Positions 54,430-64,000 of a stretch of DNA of 64,000 nucleotides are shown here, one piece after another. The stretch lies in assembly GCA_002269645.1 (NCBI GenBank), contig NIVC01002233.1, positions 1 through 64,000 of the forward strand. Direction: 5' to 3'. The notes under the pieces are model-generated. The model saw only the letters and a list, made by a program, of their open reading frames with translations, ran no database searches and was not told where the DNA came from. Both the position numbers and the translations under genes were made by a program. This stretch comes from Macrostomum lignano. Lineage: Eukaryota. Each line of letters starts with the position of its first letter. The first letter of the stretch is position 1.

Positions 54430-57400
54430 CCACTCTCGCCTGCATCTATTCCCCTCTAATTCGCATCTTTCTTCGTCCCCTCTCTTCTTGTTCTCTACCT
54501 AAAACTTGAATGACTTTCACATGTATTTGCATTACAACGGAATGCCCTTCAGTTCAGTGTCATTGGAAGTTCTCAACAAGCCCATTTCACAAACACCACA
54601 CGATAACACTTATCAAATCGCGCCTTGTAAGAACTCTTAGATTTCATTATATGGAAAATAAAGCGCTTTGCCAAAGCTGGAGTTCGCTTAGCCCCACGCA
54701 ACACTGGTCTGATAAGAGTTCGGGCGTGTTTGTTAGATTCGTTAAAGGCAGAGGGGTGGATTCTGGTGCACTTTAAGCGATATTTACAACCGGGCTCCGT
54801 CCGGCAAGAGGCATTGCTGGCAGCTGCCCATTCCACCGACCCTCCTGAGCAGGCACACAAGCGCGCGGATGCGTACGCAGTCATACGCACAGGTGCACAC
54901 TCACACAGGAGTGCACAACGGCCCCTAACGTTCATCGTTCATCCCTAACTTCACTGCGCCTTGGACGGTTGGCCCTCAAAAGGCGTTAATTGCACGAGCA
55001 GAGCCAAGCCGAGATTCCGATTTAGCCCAAAAATTAATGTGACTGCACTTGGAATCGAGCCTGGGCCATTGGAATCAGAGCGCCACGCTTAACTCGAGTA
55101 GTAATTAAATGTATCAATGATCTAAACTTTAACAATTAGTCAGCTGTTGCTTTTACTAGCGGACCGCACAATCAGCCAGCCCGACACGCAAAGGCTGTGT
55201 TTATTCTCTGACACACCAAAGCTCGCGGTTGATTTAGTGACAATCCACATTTCATATATTTACTAACCCTATTAAGCAGCATTCTTTCTGTAGCCTAAAG
55301 AAAGACTCGAGCTTTGTTGGTGAGATGGCCAATTTAATCGAGTAGATAGATATAGCAAACAGCTAGCAACCCCCCTCTCACACACACACATCTCACAAAT
55401 GAGGGTATCCCATTTTTCAAAAGCAGCTAATAACAGGGGGCTTAATGGTAGGGTTAGGAAGGAAGTAAAGACAACAGCCCAAAAACATGGAGTTCAAAAG
55501 TATAGAATTTGGATAGAATATAGTTCGGGGTCTATTTTCCATAATCAGATATTTAAGATATTAAAACTCCATGGTCTTTTCTATAGAGACGCTCGAATAT
55601 ACATTCGAAACAATATGAGACAGAAGCTGGGGCATTCAAACAGCAAGACTGTAGTGGTAATAGTTCGCAATAAGAGTCTGGAAAGGAATTTCAAACAAAA
55701 AATATATGAATATATTCGAAAAGCAAAGACATAACGAGCGTACGATGACGTCAGCAAATTGCACAAACTGCGAGAGAGAGATAGAGAGGGGAGAGAGAAG
55801 TGGACTCAAGTGAATCTGTAAGCGCACTTGTTTCATAGTTGCTACAACCACAAAACACCGACCTTTAAAGAACAAAAACAGCTAGGGGAAAAACAAAAAT
55901 ATTCTGTTTTCAAATTTCGCACACAGAATAACAACATAGCACTAAAGAATTCTGACTGGACTTTTCTCTCTCTCTCTAAAATTATACCGACGAACTGTTG
56001 GCAGTGATGAGTTATTAAAGCTGTTTACACCAGCACTACCTTGGCATTATAAAATAGATATTGAGACAAAAAACTTAGCAACACGCTTGACAACTACTCG
56101 TAGTTCAAGGATTTTTGTTGTTTATGCATGAAACAAAATATGCTTAGAGTTTTTAGGCAAGCACAACTTCAAAGTGCAAAATACTTAACGCCAACACTAA
56201 CCTGCCCCACAGCGCCTGTGAGAACTGCCTCACCATTTCCTCTGTGAAACTGTCATCATCATTTCTGTGAACCTTTCATATCGCTGCCTGTGAACCCGTC
56301 TGACTGTATTTTCATTGAATGTGCCTCTTTTTATATATATCTGCCTCTCGAAATAAATCTGAATCTCCCTTGATTTACTTGTGTACTGTATGAATCTGTC
56401 CACAATGCTGATTACATGTTTGTATATAGAAAATTTTTATGCTATGCTATGCTATGTTATGCTAACTATGCTATGTTATGCTATGTTGTTATTCTGTGTG
56501 CGAAATTTGAAAACAGAATATTTTTATATTTTTCGTTAAAAAAGCCTTTCTTTTTCCTGCTCTTTCAACTCTCCAGTAATGGTAAAAAAAGTATATCGGA
56601 TTGTCGACCTAATTTCTTCAAATTCTGCTCCTAAAAATTACAACCAGTATTGCATACACAATTTAATTTAGTGCACTGGCACTAGCCAAAAAAACTGTTG
56701 AACTTTTTAATGAAACACAATTTCCAATTGGCTAGATCATAAATGGTACAGTACACGCAGTCTAACTACTCAAAGTAGTAAGAATTGAGTAGAAGGGACA
56801 CTAGCTTAATTAAAGGAAAAAGCACAGATAATATACTGTATTTGCACTCTGAATATCAACTCATGAAGAGTTAAGCTTTAGACTGAGATTAGATTGGCAT
56901 TCGAGAATGATTTTCATGTTATTGCAGCAATAATAGATAGTGGCTTTGAGCCAGTGCTTGCTAGCTCTAGTGTACTCTAGCATAGGCCTACCTTGTGGTT
57001 TTCTCACAAGGCACTAGTCATCAGAGCCTGTGAAGAATGACAAGACCAAACGATAAAATTGCTAGATTACAAGTTTTTTTAGTGATGAATTTGTGAATCA
57101 TCTGGCCTAGGCATCGCAGGCAGCGAAATCTTTGCACCTGAAAAGACTAAATATCTACTGCCTTACAGAATACTGCCATTACCAGTTTATTAGATAAAAA
57201 TGAAACACAGTTGGAAGCAAAATAAATTGTCAATGTTTGAAATAAGCAGAAGGGGATAGGTGGCAAAGACAATTCAATTATTTAGATTCATGCTAGCACT
57301 AATCCAGAGAGTTGCACATTAAATCTGGGTCTGAGTTTCTTTTTGTACTTTAATGCTTCAAAATTAGACATAGAACACCAAGGTGTGCAGGCTAGTCAAT

Positions 57401-57911
57401 GATCTCAAAGTTTTCAAGTACATCTTTCTTGACACAGTTGTCATATACAATGCTTACAAATTTTAATTTTTTAAGCCTTGCCTAGGCCTAGTCCAGTAAG
57501 TCTCAATGACTAAAGTATTGATAGTAAAATATAGATATTAATAGATATGATACTATTCCAAACCCTGATCTGTCTACAAGACATCTCAATAGAAGCTCTA
57601 GTCTATTGGTGCACACTGTGTATCCTTGATCTGACCTCTTGCAGGCTACATACATGGCAAAAAATCTGTGTATGCATGGTATATACTTAGGACTATAAGG
57701 TCATAATTGTGTACTATATTGCCTTGGAATATCAAAATTAGAAAGGTATATATAGTTAAGATGGCAATTGACAATGATTTTATCTACTATGTTTTATCTG
57801 CTCCTTTGTGTCTACTAATATTCATTGAAAGTAATTTTGTACAATATTTCAATTTGGTCATTTTGTCTGCCATGCAAATTTTTAGACCTACAAGATATAT
57901 AATATGTTGCA

Positions 57912-58661
57912 GGCTCATTCCATATAAGATGGACATATTTGGAAAATAGAAAAAAGTCAATATTTTTGCTTGCCATTGCCTAATTAGCCTATTTTTTTAC
58001 CAAATGTTTATATTGTGCAATATATACAATCTAAGAATAAAGGAATGATAAAATGTTGGATTAGTATGTTATCAATTGGCAAAAAGTCATTTTTGTAAAA
58101 ATTTGGACATTTTTCGAAGCAAAAGACATCATTAAGATTTTGTACCTTTTAAAAACAAATAGAAAGCTTTTGAAGGTTGAAACAAACTATAGATAAAAGT
58201 ATAGTACTTTCATCATCAGATAAAAGCATTGGTGACCAAATAATCTATTATATTTTTAATGTATTAGTACCTCAAAGTTACTGAATTGACAGAAAAAAAT
58301 ATGTTACGACCATAATGTTACGACCATAAGGCTGCCTTTTCTTTTGTATCTTTGTTGCCTTTTGAGTTTATATATTCTAATAAAAGAGTATGCAAAATAT
58401 CAAAAAATGAAAAATGTTATAAGACTTTTACCTTTTAGTTTCTAAATATATGTCAAAAATCCTGTCGTTACAACCATAAGTGTCATTTAAGGTTTAATAG
58501 CATCTATACTAATGATGATATCTATATGAAACTCTATAAATATATTCTAGACAAAATAATCTTTCATTTAAAATATTGGTTTAGTATATTCTATTATTAG
58601 ATTTCATTTTATAAGTAAAAATAACCTGTCATGTTACGACCATGCTTATATGGAATGAGCC
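57912..58661. mobile_element. 750-bp non-autonomous DNA transposon, 17-bp perfect TIR GGCTCATTCCATATAAG, flanked by TGCA on both sides
   Basis: TIRs at 57912-57928 and 58645-58661, with repeated internal GTTACGACCAT motifs. TGCA may be a 4-bp TSD or part of the TIR because it is palindromic. Confidence 0.85.
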
Positions 58662-59614
58662 TGCAGCACTTCAAGCTTTAAATAAAGAGTTATAGTCTTC
58701 ATGGGAGCCTTTCCAATGATTCTTAGTTATCCTCAAATGTTGAAAACTAAAAAATGCATAATCAAGTATGTGAAAAAAATATATATGCACATATAGGATT
58801 GTATTTAATTCAGCAGATTCTCAAGTATTGTGCTTTGGATTGTATAGAAACATATTACTGATTGTGTTCTATCTATACATAAAATATAAGAGTATTGCAA
58901 AGATATAGCATGCCTTTCATACAAATTCTATTAAAAAAGTTAATTACACGTAATTAGGCTTGTTTTAATAGTAGAACTACTAAAGGGAAAGAGAGATTCC
59001 CACCCTAACAATTTTTGCTGCACTAGAATAGAGCAACATAGGCACAAGAAATTTAGGAACATAGGCTAACTTTTGGCTGTGTACCTTCTCAAACAAGAAT
59101 CAGTCTCCAAATTTCCAAATGTGCTTCTGAATATAAAGAAATCAAAAAACCAAAGCAAAATTATGCAAACATAAAAGAAATACAACTTTTGAAAAGAGAA
59201 AGTAAATTTAAAAAATGAAAACTCAAAATTTAATGTCATATTGTTCATTTTTATAATTGTTTGCTTTTGTAGTAACATATATTTTTCAAGTGTTTTTAAG
59301 TAAAGTTACTTAACTTTGGGACCTTTGAGGCATTTAACCTAAAGTTTCAGAAACATTTTAGGTAATCATTGTTTAAGTATAATCATTACTTTGTTTTTTT
59401 TTCAAAATGCAAATGCAATGGACTTTACATGCACTATACATAGTAATGTAATCAAATTGCACAAACATAATGTCAGTTAGTATTAGTAATTGGAATTAGT
59501 TAGATTAGATATATAAGAATTAAGTTCAATTCAATTCAGATACTAGATAGATTAGTATAAGCCCAAGCTAGATTGAATCTTGTCAGTAAATTATTGTACA
59601 GCACTACTACAGTT

Positions 59615-59677
59615 ACTAATTAGATGACAAAACATTTTTGTCACTAAAAGGTGTCATAGTTACTCCCGCCGTTTACC
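59615..59677 (-). other. 63-nt diverged 28S rRNA fragment (helix 69-71, R2/I-PpoI target region), copy A
   Basis: Minus strand reads GGTAAACGGCGGGAGTAACTATGAC (25/25 against the recalled 28S sequence), then a 24-nt half-matching centre, then GTCATCTAATTAGT (14/14), ungapped. Confidence 0.8.
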
Positions 59678-60980
59678 TTTTACTTTTTTTACATTTAGAA
59701 ACACATTTGGATATTCGGATTTGGAATTTTTTGTACATTCGGATTTGGTTTTGGAAACTTGCAAGAATCTACATTTGGTCCATCACTAATAGAATGCTTG
59801 AGAGACTAGCTGATGATGCTAATGAAGAAGTTAGAACTGATGTAGATGCATGTGGTTGACAAGCTGAATAAATTTAGAGGCTTGGCAAGGCTGCACTGAG
59901 ATGCAATACTGATTGATGCACAGGGGTACACTGAATACACTAGCAATCAAAGAAAAAAACTAACATTCTAACAGAATTGTTGAATATCTTGATAGTCTGC
60001 AAGGCTGATGACTTGATATTGATTATTGTTGAAGAAAATATAGAACCAAAAGTTAGCTTGTGTTTCTGAATTTCATATGCTTGCATTTATTACATTGCTC
60101 CATTTCAGTGTTGCAAAAAATGTCAGGTAGAGAGAGGGAGAAGACCCACTCTTGGTGGTTCAATAGTCAGAAAAATGGCTTGGTATTCCTTATATTAATT
60201 CATACAAGTCTGTTTTGCAGGCTTAGGACTATAGAACTTAGACTTGCATCCCATTTATTGGCTAGAAAATGTTGTTTTGTTTGCTAGCAAAAAGGAAGCA
60301 GACAAAATCATAGCATACAAATATGGCTAAAACATCAAATCTTTCTATTTATTACATCATTATTAGTACTATCTTTGCTTACATACATTAATTTCTAATT
60401 TACTAGCTATTCTTATGCTATTAATAGATTTGAAACCAATTATCAATAATATATTCTCTATCTTTTGAGATGTTTGCTTTGGTAGATAGGGCAATTGCTC
60501 ATTTTGTCTCCTATTGTAGCCAAGGTCTGAATTGCACCAGGTGCCCCCCTTTCTTGCAGCAATGCAACAGTGACATATGTAGGATTTTCTATGGATTTTC
60601 CATAGTTAAAACAATAAAAGATCTTTTTAAGTGGGTTGCTTTTCTCTTTCTTTGTAAGCTTGCAGAACTGCAATTTAAAAATTTACATTACATGCAGAAA
60701 ATATAATATAATGAATAGTATGTAAACCTAGAAATTTAAGTAAATGTTCAAAAACTTTAAACTTTAAGTCTCAAACAACAACTACATTTTTTTGCAAGTT
60801 TGTACATTCACTGCAACATGCAATACTGCTCTGCTCTTCAACCCCACCATATGATACAACACTACCTGCCTTTCTTAAATTTGTGATCACAATGCAATAC
60901 TGGAAAATATTGAATGTGTGGTGGACAGCTATTTATGATTTGTTAACTTATTCCAAAATAGGTCATTTGCTATACTGAGA

Positions 60981-61279
60981 CATACATGCGCAACAGTCAG
61001 CCAAGTCGGCCGATCTGGCTGACTGATTTGGCGACCAACCAAGGAAGTCGCAAAAATGCCCACTCAAAAAAACACCCAAGTAGTAGTACTAAGTAGCTGA
61101 TGAGGCATTTTGGCTTAATAAGAGAGTCATAGTTACTCCTGCCGTTTACCTAAAGTTGCGTTAATTTTGCTTAACAGTTTTTTTTACATGCAAGTCACAT
61201 TTTTGGCCAAAAACTACGTCGCATTTTTGTTAAAACTAAGTCACATGGCCGACCGAATTTTGGAGGTTGCGCATGTATG
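60981..61279. mobile_element. 299-bp hAT-type MITE: 14-bp perfect TIR CATACATGCGCAAC, 8-bp TSD TACTGAGA; carries a 28S fragment
   Basis: TSD at 60973-60980 and 61280-61287; TIRs at 60981-60994 and 61266-61279; internal hairpin CAGTCAGCCA...TGGCTGACTG. Confidence 0.9.
61088..61150 (-). other. 63-nt diverged 28S rRNA fragment (same segment as copy A), copy B, inside the hAT MITE
   Basis: Minus strand GGTAAACGGCAGGAGTAACTATGACTCTCTTATTAAGCCAAAATGCCTCATCAGCTACTTAGT versus 28S GGTAAACGGCGGGAGTAACTATGACTCTCTTAAGGTAGCCAAATGCCTCGTCATCTAATTAGT (about 52/63 ungapped). Confidence 0.85.
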
Positions 61280-62388
61280 TACTGAGACCTTCCTCTTCAC
61301 CTCCATCTCTATGTGTGCCACTGCCCTTTGCCCTACACCATTGACATGTGCCATGACATTGCTATATATTACACACTATACCACTGCCAAGGCCAACCTA
61401 CATTAGACACTGTTTGCAATGCCAATAATTACCATTAGCTACAATAGGGGTTTTGTCTTTAAACCCTTTTGGCCATAGTTTTTTTGCCCTTAGACTATTT
61501 TGTCCATAGATTATTTTGCCCCTAAGCCAATTTGGTTATAAACTAGGGCTTAGGCCTAGGCATTCTTTGTTAGACTTACAAAAAGTTGAACTCTATTCTA
61601 TCTATTTATTTTGCAATTTTACTTTCAGTAACAATTAAGTATTATTGCTTTGAAAAAAGACAAAATATAATCTTACAAAGGCAATCAAGTGTTTCTTTTA
61701 TTTTCTAACTTAATTTGCAGTTGTTTAAGTACTAGGTTATCTTCTTGATTCAAAATATTTTGTTTTCTAGACTTTTTGTTAAAACTACGGCTATGGGAAC
61801 TATGGGAATATGGTAATATTAGGGTCCCTATGGCTACAGAATATGGAGAATTGGAATAAGCCATAGTTTTGCTTACGGCTATGGCTACGGTACATGGACC
61901 CTCCTTATGGCGGAACACTAACCTAAATAGTAAAAATTTCATTTTTATTCATTTCTATTCTGATCTCTATTCATTTTTTGCTTAAAATAAACCTGAAGAT
62001 GTATACTAATAGCATAATAGATTTTGCATAATAGAAATGTCACTTGTGCAAAATGCATCAAGTAAATTAATGTTGATTTTCATTTTTTCTTTATCAATTG
62101 AAATTATTGAAATTATTGATAATTGAATTATCAATAATTGCCAAGTGAGCAACTTTATCTAAATTATCTACCTAATCTTCAATAAGACCTCCATGCTCCT
62201 ATTGAAGTTTATGTATGTAAAATCAATCCATGAAGATTCTCTCTATTCTAAACTCTATAGTTAGGAAGGTGCCCTATATGCCAGAATTTTTTTGCATGCA
62301 TTAGGCCTAGGCCTAGCCTTGGATAGCTTATTGCCATGCATATTTGGCATGTTTGAATCTTAAAGGTCACATAATTTTGACATTTTGG

Positions 62389-62881
62389 CCAGGATGGAAT
62401 TCTTGCACGAAAATTGCAACGCATTTTTGCGTTCAGGGAAAAAATTTGCGAAAAATTGTGCAACGCAAAAAAACATTGCGCACTTGTACGGGCTGCAAAA
62501 AATGCGACAAAAATTACAAATTATTTTGCAACTGTTTGCACAGTTTAAATTTATAAATAATTACTGACTTTACTATGTTAAATCTAGAATTACTACAAAA
62601 ACGTAACATTTATAGTTCATTATTTATGAACTGTTTAAATTTAAAATTCTCTACTTAAAAAAACAAAGATAATCAGTTTAATATTTATTGTAACGAGTCG
62701 TCAAAAAATGCAAGTATAAGACTATTGCAAAACATTATTTTGACAATTGGTAATGCTAAAAATTGCACCACTAAATTTTGTTTAAGATTGTAAAATTGTA
62801 TTGGGTTCAATATGGAATTGCGCACCAAAAAAAAGTCGCAATTTTCCATTTTATATGCCAGATGCAAGAATTCCATGCTGG
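62389..62881. mobile_element. 493-bp hAT-type MITE: 19-bp TIR CCAG(G/C)ATGGAATTCTTGCA, 8-bp TSD CATTTTGG
   Basis: TSD at 62381-62388 and 62882-62889; TIRs with 1 mismatch; TTGCG/CGCAA-rich subterminal motifs. Confidence 0.88.
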
Positions 62882-64000
62882 CATTTTGGCATTCATGACA
62901 AAGTCACGTTTCCAATTTTTATATACTTGGAATAGGCCTACACCTAAAATTTTGCTATAAAATTCTGGCATTCACTGGACACCTTCCTGACAGTGGCATA
63001 AACCCCCTATAGCCATATTCTCTATGCCCTAGTTGTTAGACCCCAAGTGCTTGCAGCTTGTTGGCCCCCCCCCTTCCCCAAGACCTGCTCCCTTGCCCTG
63101 AGACCCCCTCCTGAGAGCCACCTACCCTCAGTCTTGGAATTTATCTACCTAGGCCTAATCTTCAATCAACTCCCATGCCTCTATTGAAGTTTAGGTAGGC
63201 TTACAATTACATAATATCAATCCCCATGAAGATTCTCCTCATCCTAAAACCCTTATTCCCTTGCCCCAGTGGTTTGCTTTAAGCTACAAAAAACGAAACT
63301 AAAATTTGAAACTAGCATCATAAAAAACTTCTACAGAGACAAAATTATGATCACTATCAAAACTGCAACTATTTTATTTACCTAAAGTTCAAGAGATGTG
63401 GCTTTTTTGGTCATGCACCACTAAAAATCATCCAAAAAGAAACTTTAAAACATTAGATTGCTTCATGCTATAGGCGTATAGCTATACTTACAGCCTATGC
63501 TGATGTTGATTATGCTATTGCTCACTAGTGTCCCTATATTATTTTAAGACAAAAATACAAATACAAAAAATACTGAAAAAATACAAGCAAACTGCTAAGG
63601 ATTCAAGGAATAATGATTAGATATGTTATGATATATAGTGCATTAGGATCGATAGGTATTTATGTTACTAGGCCCTAACATAGTAAATAATCAATATAAT
63701 AATTACGAGATAAGCTTTCAGGACTCGTATAACCTCATTTTGTTCGTAGACAGTGAGTTATTGACATAGTATGAGTTTTCATGGAAACAAACGTTCAGTC
63801 TTAAATTTAAATAAGCTGCAGCAATTTAACAAAAACGCGATTGTATTAGACTTTTAAAGTAAAACAGCATGTCCTTAAGTAATTCTATATTTTTTTGAAA
63901 ATTTTATTGATTACGTACATAATAGTTAGGAAAAATATTGCGTTGATTTAATTGCGCATCCGACAGTACATAATTCTTTCTTTTAAATTGTCGTAGACTT

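Noticed and set aside
54573-55734. ORFs 54573-54935 (-), 54730-54948 (+) and 55399-55734 (+) as genes
   Set aside because: No recognisable domain, no supporting splice structure, and they lie in the upstream region of the nuclear receptor.
59790-60050. Decayed transposase C-terminus (acidic ERLADDANEEVRTDVD...)
   Set aside because: Too many stops and no diagnostic DDE motif, so it cannot be supported.
59615-61150. Functional rRNA gene or C/D snoRNA guides against 28S
   Set aside because: Only 63 nt match with no flanking rDNA. No CTGA D box follows the antisense stretches, so neither an rDNA unit nor a snoRNA is supported.

Overview
Eukaryotic (metazoan) genomic DNA with the standard code, GC-rich exons, GT-AG introns as short as about 45 nt and very abundant minisatellites. 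The style suggests a free-living flatworm such as Macrostomum, but that is inference only. I reconstructed nine spliced or intronless protein genes with frame-consistent junctions: two class A GPCRs, a GT31 glycosyltransferase-like gene, a KLHL10-like BTB-BACK-Kelch gene, a sterol C5-desaturase, a DGAT2/MOGAT, an AK2-like adenylate kinase, NAT9 and an HR96/NR1J-type nuclear receptor. There is also a probable uncharacterised gene starting MGC-. The window contains two decayed LOA/R1-like LINE fragments, a CORE-SINE, several MITEs with visible TIRs and TSDs, and about 20 tandem arrays (roughly 15 kb in total, more than half of 26.8-52.3 kb). The best find is a 57-aa BRAWNIN/UQCC6-like microprotein ORF (47823-47650, minus strand), too short for the supplied ORF track. 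It overlaps the NAT9 start codon by 14 nt and has a leaky-scanning, bicistronic layout. Other notable items: two separately diverged 63-nt copies of the 28S rRNA R2/I-PpoI target region (one inside a hAT MITE), a GG(C)GATTCT-like core shared by otherwise different minisatellite families, a CpG-depleted domain at about 56-63.7 kb, and three proteins lacking canonical catalytic or signalling motifs. All homology calls come from recognising motifs by eye; no database search was run.
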